Positions 26,624 through 35,388 of a stretch of DNA of 64,000 nucleotides are shown here, one piece after another (the first letter of the stretch is position 1; the number at the start of each line of letters is the position of its first letter). The position numbers and the translations under genes are program-made. Location: contig JBBTCT010000020.1 of NCBI GenBank assembly GCA_038060895.1, positions 1 to 64,000 on the forward strand. The letters are read 5' to 3'. The DNA comes from Planctomycetota bacterium (GTDB lineage Bacteria; Planctomycetota; MHYJ01; WSZJ01). The notes beneath the pieces were generated by a model, which ran no database searches, was not told the origin of the DNA, and worked only from the letters and a program-made list of their open reading frames with translations.

Positions 26624-29600
26624 TCAGGTTGCCGTACCCAACTTCACCACGCACCCCACCCTGATCCCAAAGTCGAACACCACCAGCTTCGCCCCCAACG
26701 CGGTCCGGTCGCTTGCGCGCATTTCGATCGCGGGCCGAGCCCACGTTCCTCCCCGGAACTGCCGCCGCCCGGGCCAGTCGCTGCCGGCGTCGTCGAGGCA
26801 GGCGTCGCGGGTGTTGCCGGCAAGGCCGCGGACACCGTAGGGGGATTCGTCGTCGGGGAAGGCGGAGACGGGGACGGGGCGCGGGCCACCCTCGTGCGAA
26901 CGCTCGCCGTTGCACCAGCGCGGGTCGAGGTGGCGGCCCCACGGGTAGAAGCGCCGGTCGGGGCCGCGGGCGGCTTTCTCCCACTGGAAGCTGGTGGGCA
27001 GCGTGACGAGGACGCCGTCGCGCGAGCGCTTCCAGTTCGCGAAGGCCACCGCGTCTTCCCAGGAGACGCCGGCGACGGGCCAGTCGTCCTGCCAGTCGAT
27101 GGGGACGTTGGGGAGGCGGCGGGCGCCGGCGATGGACCAGGGGGGGCCGGACCAGAGCGGCGGGGCGGCGGGGGCTTCTCGCGGGGCGCGGCGGGTCGCT
27201 TCTTCTTTCGTCAGCGCGTTCAGGAACTCCGCGTACTCGCGGCAGGTCACCGGCCGCTTCGCCAGGAAGAACACCGGGAGGTCGCGCGTCTCCGCGAGTC
27301 CGGCGTAAGGATTCTCCCGGTCGCCCTGGAACCCGAACGTTCCCTCGGCGACCGGGGCGAAGCCTTCCGGGATTTCGGCGGGCTTGAAGAGCGTGACGTC
27401 CTGATCGACATGGCCGCCGCGGGGGACGAAGACGGGGACGCGGGCCGGGGCACGGCCCTCGCGGGCGACGATGAGCAGGTACGAACCCATCGGGAACGCG
27501 CGCCGGGGGATCGGCGTGCGGCCCAGGTGGAGGCCCGGGCCCTGCGGTCGGAAGGCGGAGTCCTTTTCGTACAGCGCGTCGAGCGCGGCCGCGGGAACGG
27601 CGGGGCCTTCGGGACCGGACGGTGTCACCGGGATGAGGCGGCGGCCGATTTCCTCGTGGCGGAAGAGCCACACGTCGCTTCCCGGGAGATCGTTCGCGGC
27701 GCAGGTGCCGCCGTGGACGCGCAGGCGGACGGCGGCGCGCGGCTCCAGCACGGGCAGACCCTCGGCTCCCGGAGTGCCCGCGATCGACCGCCCCGAGTAC
27801 GCGTGCCACTTCCCCGCCGCCAGTTCTTCCGGAAACACCGTCCGGCCTCTCGTCAGGCAGTCGCACGAAAACGCCGACGTCCGCACCTCGAGCGTACCCT
27901 CGCCGCGCAATTGCGCCTGCAGCCGCCCGTCGTTGTGCTCCTCCGCGACGCGCCGGTGCACCAGCGCCGCCGCTTCTTCGCCGGCGTCCTCGGCCCCGAG
28001 GAAACTCTCCCAGGCGAGGTCGGCCATGATCGCGCGCGCGTCGGCGTGCTCACGGTCGTGCTCGAGCGCGCGCGTCAGTGCCGTCACGGCGTCCGCGTGC
28101 GCCGTCGCCGCCTGCCGTGAGAGCTCCTTCGCACGGTCCTCCGCTTCCCAGAGCGCTGTCTTGTCCGCCAGGGGAGCGGTCGCCGCTTCCAGCCGCTTCG
28201 CCTCCGCCGTCGCCGTGGCCGCCTCCGCGCGCAGTTTCATCCGCCGGGCGAGCGCGCCCCGAACCAGGTCCACCGCCGCGTCCGCTTCCGCCCGCTGCCG
28301 CTCGCGACGCTTGACTCCTTCGAGGAACAGCTGCAACTCGTCGTGGAGTTCGCGGGCGGTCTGGAAGCGATCCTCTGGTTTTCGCGCGAGGGCGCGGAGG
28401 CAGATGGCGTCGAGTTCCGGCGGGACGGGGTCGCCGGCGTGGGTGGTGGAAGAGGGAGGGGAGGGATCCGGAAGGCGCGTTTCGCGGGCCTTTGAGGGCG
28501 GGGTGATGCTGCCGTCGCGGACCCGGGTGATGACCTCTTCGACGCTGCCTCCCTCGAAGGGCGGCCGCAGGGCGAGGATCTCGTAGAGGATAGCGCCGAG
28601 GGAGTAGATGTCGCTCCGGGGGTCGATGTCATCGACGCGTCCCTCGGCCTGCTCGGGGCTCATGTAGGCCGGCGTACCGATGATGTCGCCCTCGAAGGTC
28701 AGGTTCGTGGCGCGAGAGAGCGCGATGACTTCGGAGTCGGAGCTGCGTTCCCGCGCGGTGGTGCCGGCGACGCGCACCGTGGTCGCGGGCCTCTTGCCGT
28801 CCGCGTTCGCAGGTCTGGGCGCGGCCACCCCCCGCGGTGCAGGCTCCCCGGCGCTCACGGCTTCCCCCGATACCGCCGTCTTCAGCTCCTTCGCCAGCCC
28901 CCAGTCCACCACCAGCGTTTCGCCGTAATCGCCGATCATGATGTTCGAAGGCTTGAGGTCGCGGTGAATCACGCCGCGGTCGTGCGCAAATGCCATCCCG
29001 AGGCAGACGTCCTGGAAGACGCGCAACAGCCGTCCGCGCGACCACATCCGCCGCGCGCCGGCCTGTCCCTCCGCCAGCGACCTCAGCACCTGGTCGAGAT
29101 CCCGGCCGCGCACACGCTTCATCGCCAGGAAAACCTGCCCGTGCCCGTCCGCCGCCACCATCGTCCCGAAGTCGTAGACGGGGATGATCGCCGGGTGCTC
29201 GAGCTTCGCCGCCAGCCGCGCTTCCCGGGCGAATCGCTCCTCCGTGTCCCCTGGCTGCTGGTCGTGCAGGATCTTGACGGCGACTTCGCGGCGAAGCGCC
29301 GCATCCCAGGCTTCGACGACCCGTCCCAGTCCTCCGCGGCCGAGCTCGGACATGAGCTGGTACCGGTCCGGCGCCGCGGGGGGCGGTCCCTTTCCCGCGC
29401 CTTCGGCGGCCCGCGCCCGCGACGGTGTCACGCGCAGCCACGCGTCCGCCTCCGCCTTCACGATCGCCGCTTGCTCCGGAGACAGGGTGCCCTTGGAGAC
29501 GAGGAACTCACCCAGCGGTTTCTTCTCGCCCTGCATCCAGGGTCCCGCCGCGTCCACGAGCTTGTCCTGCGTGAGGAAATCCCGCCGGAGGGCGAGGAGG

Positions 29601-29629
29601 GCGAAGAGCAGATCGGAGTCAGGGACCAT
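26624..29629 (-). CDS. Ser/Thr kinase-PEGA-FGE/sulfatase-modifying-factor (CLec) protein, paralog 1
   Basis: LGRGGLG, HRDLKPSN, DWG, GTPAYMSPE; PVTCREYAEFLN, PVAGVSWEDA, LPTSFQWEKAARG, SPYGVRGLAGN, RGGTW. Confidence 0.92.
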   Translation of the reverse strand: MVPDSDLLFALLALRRDFLTQDKLVDAAGPWMQGEKKPLGEFLVSKGTLSPEQAAIVKAEADAWLRVTPSRARAAEGAGKGPPPAAPDRYQLMSELGRGGLGRVVEAWDAALRREVAVKILHDQQPGDTEERFAREARLAAKLEHPAIIPVYDFGTMVAADGHGQVFLAMKRVRGRDLDQVLRSLAEGQAGARRMWSRGRLLRVFQDVCLGMAFAHDRGVIHRDLKPSNIMIGDYGETLVVDWGLAKELKTAVSGEAVSAGEPAPRGVAAPRPANADGKRPATTVRVAGTTARERSSDSEVIALSRATNLTFEGDIIGTPAYMSPEQAEGRVDDIDPRSDIYSLGAILYEILALRPPFEGGSVEEVITRVRDGSITPPSKARETRLPDPSPPSSTTHAGDPVPPELDAICLRALARKPEDRFQTARELHDELQLFLEGVKRRERQRAEADAAVDLVRGALARRMKLRAEAATATAEAKRLEAATAPLADKTALWEAEDRAKELSRQAATAHADAVTALTRALEHDREHADARAIMADLAWESFLGAEDAGEEAAALVHRRVAEEHNDGRLQAQLRGEGTLEVRTSAFSCDCLTRGRTVFPEELAAGKWHAYSGRSIAGTPGAEGLPVLEPRAAVRLRVHGGTCAANDLPGSDVWLFRHEEIGRRLIPVTPSGPEGPAVPAAALDALYEKDSAFRPQGPGLHLGRTPIPRRAFPMGSYLLIVAREGRAPARVPVFVPRGGHVDQDVTLFKPAEIPEGFAPVAEGTFGFQGDRENPYAGLAETRDLPVFFLAKRPVTCREYAEFLNALTKEEATRRAPREAPAAPPLWSGPPWSIAGARRLPNVPIDWQDDWPVAGVSWEDAVAFANWKRSRDGVLVTLPTSFQWEKAARGPDRRFYPWGRHLDPRWCNGERSHEGGPRPVPVSAFPDDESPYGVRGLAGNTRDACLDDAGSDWPGRRQFRGGTWARPAIEMRASDRTALGAKLVVFDFGIRVGCVVKLGTAT

Positions 29630-29700
29630 GGGAAGGAGGCATTTTGTCGCAACTGGAGGCGTCGGCTAACAGTTTCCGGATCGCCGGGAGTCGTGCACAG

Positions 29701-29737
29701 GAAATGAAAACGGGACGGCCACTGGGCCGCCCCGCTG
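29701..29737 (-). terminator. Rho-independent terminator
   Basis: Minus strand GCGGGGCGGCC-CAGT-GGCCGTCCCGT then TTTCATTT, just after the stop at 29767. Confidence 0.65.
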
Positions 29738-29766
29738 GTTCTTCGATTTCCCGGCCAGGCTGCTCC

Positions 29767-30513
29767 TTAGTTCCCTTCCGAGCCTCCGCGTCCGCTCCGC
29801 CGACCGCCGCCGCCGAAGCCGCCGCCGAACATCCCCATCGGCGTCTTGGCGATTTCGTCGTACTTGACGCCCTGTTCGGGGGTCAGCACGGCCTTGATCT
29901 GCGTGTCCGTCTCCGACTTCAGCGCGACCATTTTCTCGCGCGGATCCTCGCCTTCCTTGCGGCTCGTGAGGGCCTCGCGGAACGCGACCGACTGCTTGTT
30001 GACGATGTCCGTCACCTGGGCCTTCTGTTGCTCGGTCAGACCCAGTTCCTTCACGAGGTTGTCCACCATCCCCTGAGTCGCCCGCCCCATCCACTCGCTG
30101 GTCCGCTTCGCGTCCGCGTCCTTCTTCTCCTGCTCCTTCGCCGCGAGCACCGCTTCGACCGCCGCTCGCAGGTCGGCATTGATCGGCGTCGTCGCGGTCG
30201 AGCCGTCCGTCCGGGGCGTCGGGGGGGTGCCCTTCGAAGCGGCGACAATCGTCTCCTGCTCGGTCTTCACGGCGGCCATCTCAGCCTTGAGATTTTTGAT
30301 CTCCTGGGTCACTTCAGCCATGCTCGCCGACGAGCCGGAAGAAGCACTTCCCGCACTGGACGCGGCGGGCGGAGGGGCGTTTTGCAGCTTCACGAGGCGC
30401 TCTTCCATTTCGGAAAGCGACCCGGACACCTTGCGCAGCTCGTTGACGCAGAATCCGACGCCGGCGCAGGCGAGAAGCGCCACGAAGGCGCTGATGGCAG
30501 AGCACTTGTTCAC
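29767..30513 (-). CDS. Membrane-anchored coiled-coil protein with Spy/CpxP-like (LTxxQ) C-terminus
   Basis: GTG start; N-terminal hydrophobic helix; ELGLTEQQKAQV, KAVLTPEQGVKY; Gly/Arg tail. Confidence 0.75.
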   Translation of the reverse strand: MNKCSAISAFVALLACAGVGFCVNELRKVSGSLSEMEERLVKLQNAPPPAASSAGSASSGSSASMAEVTQEIKNLKAEMAAVKTEQETIVAASKGTPPTPRTDGSTATTPINADLRAAVEAVLAAKEQEKKDADAKRTSEWMGRATQGMVDNLVKELGLTEQQKAQVTDIVNKQSVAFREALTSRKEGEDPREKMVALKSETDTQIKAVLTPEQGVKYDEIAKTPMGMFGGGFGGGGRRSGRGGSEGN

Positions 30514-30633
30514 GGGAATCCCTTTCTCTGGAAGCGGTTGCAACCGGCTATGTTACCCCGCCGGAGGGGTGATTCGGCGCTGGAACTGAGAGATTTACGG
30601 GGCGGAAGGCGGCCCGTTAGGGAATCCGCTGGC

Positions 30634-32841
30634 CTACTTCGAGGCCAGCGCGCGCTCTGCCATGGCCCGGACGTGGGCGTCGGAATCGCGCAGCGCGTCC
30701 TCCAGCATGGCCCGTGCGGCATCCCCTTCCCGGAATCCCAGTGCGCCCACGGCCGCCAGTCGCACGGCCGGTGCTGCGTCCGTCCGGGCGCTCGCGAGCA
30801 GCGCCTCGGCCCGCTCTCCCTTCACGAACCTCAGCGCGAACGCCGCCCGGGCGCGCGTGTGCACGTCGTCGCGCGCGAGGAACTTCTCGACCTCGCCCAG
30901 CGTGCCGGGAAGCCCGGCGTTGCCGAGCGACTCGAGGTAATTGCTCTGCCAGTCGGGGTCGCTGGAAGCGCGTCCCAGGGACTTGAGGGTGTCGGCGAGT
31001 TCTTCGGCGCGCGCGGTATCGGCTTTCCGCGCCAGCATCCCGAGGGCGAGCAAGGCTGGCTCCGCGGACGGATCGCCGAATCTTGCTGCGGCGCGGGCGG
31101 CGGCTTCCGCTCCCGCGGGCGGGGCGTCGGCCATCGCGAGGCCGGTGAAGGCGTTCCCCCGGATGTCGGGTTCAAGGGCGGTGTTCGCGGCGACTTCGAG
31201 GAGGGCCTGGAGCGAACGCGGCGTCTCGGCGGCGCCGAGGGCGTCGGTGAGGGCGACGCGGACCGCGGGGTGAGCCGTGGCCTGCAGGATCACCTCAAGC
31301 GCCACCGAAACCGCCGAATCGTCGAGCTTGAGGATCGCCGCGAGCCGGTCCACGAGTTCCGCGGCCTCCTGCGAATCCAGCTGGTCCGCGGCGGCTAGTC
31401 CCTCCAGTCGCGCGATCGCGTCGTCGATCGACATCCCACCGGTCACCCCGCGCAGGCGCGCGACTTCCGCCTGGCCAGCAAGCTTCGCCGCGAGATCCCC
31501 GCTTCCCGGCTTCATTCCTTCCCCATTTGCACGGAACGCTTTCGCCATAGAAGCGCCGTTGGCGGCGAGATTTTCGTCACGCGCGGCCGAAGCGAATCTC
31601 ATTCCGCCCGCCGTCGAGGACGTGATCGTCTGCGCGAACTCCTTGCCCTCGAGGCGCAGCTTTTCGTCAACGCGGAAAGTGCGGAAGCGTCCGTTGCCCG
31701 AATCCCAGAGGGCCACCGCGCCGCCCTCGAGCGACGCCTTGGCGTCGTCCGCGGACATCGAGCCGGTGCCGGCGGGAGACTGGCAGGTGAGCTGTTCGTA
31801 GGCGGCCTTCGTGCGCTCGATCCGCGCGGTCTTCCCATCGGCCGTCGAAAAGCCGCCTTCGGAAGCGTAGTCGGCGACGTACTGGCCGGTCGCGTCCGCT
31901 TCCGTCGCCCTCCACGCCGCCAGGGGTGTCTCCGGCAGCGTCACCCTCGCCGTCAGCACGACCGCCGACAAGAGCGCCTGCACCCAGGGCGTCGTCCCTT
32001 TCGCGAACGCCACGCCCTCGATGCCGCCTCGACGCGTCATCGTCACGAGCGCTTCGCGGTTCAGCTCGGACCGGAGCGCGTCGAGCGACCCGGCCCGTTC
32101 ACCCGGGGCGGCGGCCACGGCATCGGCCGCGTCGCCCCGCAGGTCCAGCGACATGGAGGAGAAGCGCCAGCCGACGACAATCTTCTCCCCCGCTTCATAA
32201 ACGGCCAGGTCCGCGCGCCCGCCCAGGCGCCAGCCAAGGCGGACGTCTCGAATCTGGGACGCCGTAACGCTTCCGCCACGACGCTGGGCGGTTTCCATGA
32301 AGCCGGCGCTCAGGCCGACGTTCAGGTTCTGCACGAACTCGAAGTTGTAGGTGAGGACGTCGCCGGCGCGGTAACCGAAGGCAAGTCCGTCGAGCGAAGG
32401 CGCTGAATCTTTCGTCAGCGACTTCTCCAGATCTTCAATCGAATTTGCGATCGCCGGAATTGCGAAGGCGATTTCAGCGGGCGCGGCGGCAGGCTCGGGC
32501 CGATTCCAGAGCCACACGGAGGCAACCAGCGTCGCCGCGATGGCAGCGCCGCCGAGAGCGAGTGCGGCGCGGAACCAGAAGCGTGTGTCAAAGGTGCGCG
32601 GAACTTTCGGAAGGGGCGCGGGCGGCGGAACGACGGCGGCTGCGCGTTCCTTTTTGCGTTTCTGTTTCCGTTCCTGCCTGGAGGGCGAAGCGACCGGCTT
32701 CACGGCCGGCGGCTCAACTTCCTCGAACGGGGCCGCTTCTTCGAGAACCGCCGTCCCGACGCTCTCCTCTTCGGAAACGCCGTCCCACGAAATAAGGGGG
32801 AACGGGTCCGAGGGGTCCGGGCGGCGCTTCTTGCGGCTCAT
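30634..32841 (-). CDS. Membrane-anchored protein: vitellogenin-N-like beta domain + HEAT-repeat superhelix
   Basis: One TM helix; YRAGDVLTYNFEF, WRATEADATGQYVADY, IERTKAAY; HEAT repeats ALGAAETP, ESLGNAG, VRLAAVGAL. Confidence 0.75.
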   Translation of the reverse strand: MSRKKRRPDPSDPFPLISWDGVSEEESVGTAVLEEAAPFEEVEPPAVKPVASPSRQERKQKRKKERAAAVVPPPAPLPKVPRTFDTRFWFRAALALGGAAIAATLVASVWLWNRPEPAAAPAEIAFAIPAIANSIEDLEKSLTKDSAPSLDGLAFGYRAGDVLTYNFEFVQNLNVGLSAGFMETAQRRGGSVTASQIRDVRLGWRLGGRADLAVYEAGEKIVVGWRFSSMSLDLRGDAADAVAAAPGERAGSLDALRSELNREALVTMTRRGGIEGVAFAKGTTPWVQALLSAVVLTARVTLPETPLAAWRATEADATGQYVADYASEGGFSTADGKTARIERTKAAYEQLTCQSPAGTGSMSADDAKASLEGGAVALWDSGNGRFRTFRVDEKLRLEGKEFAQTITSSTAGGMRFASAARDENLAANGASMAKAFRANGEGMKPGSGDLAAKLAGQAEVARLRGVTGGMSIDDAIARLEGLAAADQLDSQEAAELVDRLAAILKLDDSAVSVALEVILQATAHPAVRVALTDALGAAETPRSLQALLEVAANTALEPDIRGNAFTGLAMADAPPAGAEAAARAAARFGDPSAEPALLALGMLARKADTARAEELADTLKSLGRASSDPDWQSNYLESLGNAGLPGTLGEVEKFLARDDVHTRARAAFALRFVKGERAEALLASARTDAAPAVRLAAVGALGFREGDAARAMLEDALRDSDAHVRAMAERALASK

Positions 32842-32857
32842 GGGCGGGGGAAAGAGC

Positions 32858-32889
32858 AAAGCGAGGGGAGGCTCATCGCCTCCCCCCGC
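32858..32889 (-). terminator. Hairpin/terminator between the beta-rich gene and the HEAT gene
   Basis: GCGAGGGGAGGC-TCATC-GCCTCCCCCCGC, followed on the minus strand by TTTGCTCTTTT. Confidence 0.55.
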
Positions 32890-32898
32890 GGGTTTGCT

Positions 32899-33663
32899 CT
32901 AGAGCTCTCTCGTCCAGGCCCAGGTCTTGTCGTAGATGTAATCCTTGTAGAACGTCACGGGAGGCAGGGAGAACCCGAAGAACGACGCCGCGAAAGCCAG
33001 GTCGATGACCGAGCTGGCCTTCACGGATCCCATTGCGTAGAGGTAAGAGAAGTTCGCTTCCAGCTCGCCTTTCGGCTTCACCTCGATCACGGTCACCTTG
33101 ACGACCAGGCTGCCCGAGAAGATCGGGATCGAGATCCCGGCGCTGCCGGTTGCTTTCAGGTCGAAAGCGGCCGAGCCGTCCGCGCCCGCGCCCGTGGGCG
33201 TCAGGGCGAGGTTCATGCTGGCGTCCACGACCCACTTGCAGTCCGTCGAGACCGAGACCGGTGCGCCGAACACCATGAAGGTCGCCGACTTCTCGAACAC
33301 CGTCTTGGACTTCTTCCAGGACCACTTCCACGACTTCGACAACGACTTGTGGTAGACGACCGATCCCATGTAAGTCACGGTCGCTTCGGCCGAGCCGGAA
33401 CCGAGAGTCTGGGAAGCGGAGTACTCGGCGGTGAAGAGCGCGTAGCTGGTCCCCATAAAGATGCCGGTGGCAGCGAGGGACGCTTCGCAATCGGCGGACG
33501 TCGGGGTGTTTTCCATCCAGAAGCTGCCGGAGTAGGCGCCGCCGATGGTGTGGCCGCCGAAAGAACCGGCGAAGTCGTACTCGTAGGTCTTGGCGCTGGC
33601 CGTGCCGGCCGAAGCGAGGAGCAGAATCGCAGCGGCGAAGGTCGGGAAGAACCTGCGGGTCAT
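32899..33663 (-). CDS. Secreted all-beta amphipathic protein
   Basis: GGAGG RBS, signal peptide (ASA|K), alternating strand pattern rich in S/A/G/F/W, TFMVFGAPVSVS. Confidence 0.8.
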   Translation of the reverse strand: MTRRFFPTFAAAILLLASAGTASAKTYEYDFAGSFGGHTIGGAYSGSFWMENTPTSADCEASLAATGIFMGTSYALFTAEYSASQTLGSGSAEATVTYMGSVVYHKSLSKSWKWSWKKSKTVFEKSATFMVFGAPVSVSTDCKWVVDASMNLALTPTGAGADGSAAFDLKATGSAGISIPIFSGSLVVKVTVIEVKPKGELEANFSYLYAMGSVKASSVIDLAFAASFFGFSLPPVTFYKDYIYDKTWAWTREL

Positions 33664-33859
33664 GGGGCCTCCGGATTAGAGATGATGAGCGGATGGGGCA
33701 GTTGTCCCCACCCATCAGTGCGCAGGAGGCAGCGAATCCTCAGTGCTGTTGTGAGAATTGCGCATGGTGCATTTCTGAAAGGGTTTACGGCGGAATTGGC
33801 GCGTGCGGAAACTGTCAGAGTCCTTGAGGAGCAGCGGTCTCTTTCCGGGCGGTCTTGCA

Positions 33860-34292
33860 CGGTCGTCTCCGCTTCGAGCCAGCCTTTCCCTCGCCCCCCT
33901 GATCGCCTCGTGCAGCTTCCGTTGCAGCAACCTCCGCGGCAGCACCTTCGTCCAATAGGTCGCCACCCGAATCCGGCACTTCTCCAGCTCCAGCAGCTCG
34001 ACCGTCTCCTGCCGGGCGCCGGCGCACAGGATCAGGCCGATCGGCGGGTCTTCACCCTTTCGGCGTTCGTGCTTCTCGAGCCAGTTCAGTACGGATCGCG
34101 AAACGCGAGATCCGGTGTCATCCGGTCCTGCGCGCGCACAGTCGCCAGTTCGTGGCGGATCAGCGATCGCGGCTTTCTGGAGAGGGCCGTGCGCTCAAAG
34201 AGCATCCCGGCGATCTTCTGCCTGAGCATGCGGACACTCCATCTTTCGAGCCGGCACATCTCCGCATAAAAGGTCCGCTGGAGTTCATCCTG
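33860..34292 (-). pseudogene. YhcG/DUF1016 nuclease remnant (no 5' end, internal deletion)
   Basis: RTFYAEMCRLERWSVRMLRQKIAGMLFERTALS...FRDPY* then, in another frame, LNWLEKHERRKGEDPPIGLILC...IRVATYWT. Confidence 0.8.
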
Positions 34293-34518
34293 TCGGCATG
34301 ACGGCCTCCGTTGACGGGATCCAGCCGCCTCCTTCGTGGAGGCGGCAAGCCAGGAGGCCGGGCGCGTCTGCTCGAATGCTCGAAGTTGCGCTGCGCTTTG
34401 CGTTCGCCCGGCAGCACGTTCGATCCGGGATTCTTCGAAGAGGCCATGGCCGAGTCAATCCCTCCACGCACAAAATCGCCCGGGAGCAGCGCGCCAGATC
34501 ACCGCAACAATCTGCTCG

Positions 34519-35388
34519 TCAACGTCGACGTGACCCACGCACGAGCGCGCGCGCCCTCGTCGAGCGCCATCTCTTCCCCTTTCCAGCTGTGAGCCCAATG
34601 CGCCGGAAACGAGAAGTGGATCCATTGACTGCAAGCAGCGCCGCGAGAGGATCTGGGCCGGCCGCCGCCAGCTGGTGAAACGCTTCGAGGAATGACGCGA
34701 GGGTATTGAAAGGGTCGTAGATCCGCCGCCGGGAGGCTACGGCGGCACAAACCCGAAGCGTCTCGCGGGCGCTGGCCGGATCGCCGGTCGACATTGCCGC
34801 GACTTCTGCAAGCCGAAGGCTGAGCCATGTCGCCTTTGCCGTTACGAGATGGACCCACCGCTTCACGGCACGCGTGAATTCCCGTGTGGACACCCCAGCC
34901 CTCGGCAATTCCGCGTCCCATCGCGACGTGGCCGCGTTCCGAAACAGCGCGCTCTCCCGCCGGCCGAGATGCGCTTCCAGAAGGGGCAACTCCGAGACCG
35001 CAAGCTTCTTGAAGGCACGAAGCAGCGCGAGGCGGACGCTTCCGGCTCTGGCTCGCGTCCGGTACCACCTCGGGTCGGTGCGGTCCGTGACCCTCGGAAC
35101 GCGGACTGAAAGTACCGGCACGCGGTGACCCAGACTCTTTGCGGCTTTGCGGCAGATTCGAAGCGCGAATTTCTGCGTTCCCGCCGCGATGGCGCGCAGA
35201 CTCCGGCACAGGTCCGGCGCGAGCCATGCGTGTCCGGCCAGCGCACGGCCGAGGCCGGAGGAACCGCGCGCGGCGGCCAGGCGGGCCCATTCGCGATTCT
35301 CTCCCGACACATTCCTCTCCATCTCCGGTTCCGCGACGGGGCCTCCGGTCCGGCACTTCCTGACCTCTGCGACTCGGCGCGCCGTCAT
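34519..35388 (-). CDS. Basic orphan hypothetical protein
   Basis: ATGA overlap with the MFS stop; no recognised motif. Confidence 0.4.
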   Translation of the reverse strand: MTARRVAEVRKCRTGGPVAEPEMERNVSGENREWARLAAARGSSGLGRALAGHAWLAPDLCRSLRAIAAGTQKFALRICRKAAKSLGHRVPVLSVRVPRVTDRTDPRWYRTRARAGSVRLALLRAFKKLAVSELPLLEAHLGRRESALFRNAATSRWDAELPRAGVSTREFTRAVKRWVHLVTAKATWLSLRLAEVAAMSTGDPASARETLRVCAAVASRRRIYDPFNTLASFLEAFHQLAAAGPDPLAALLAVNGSTSRFRRIGLTAGKGKRWRSTRARALVRGSRRR

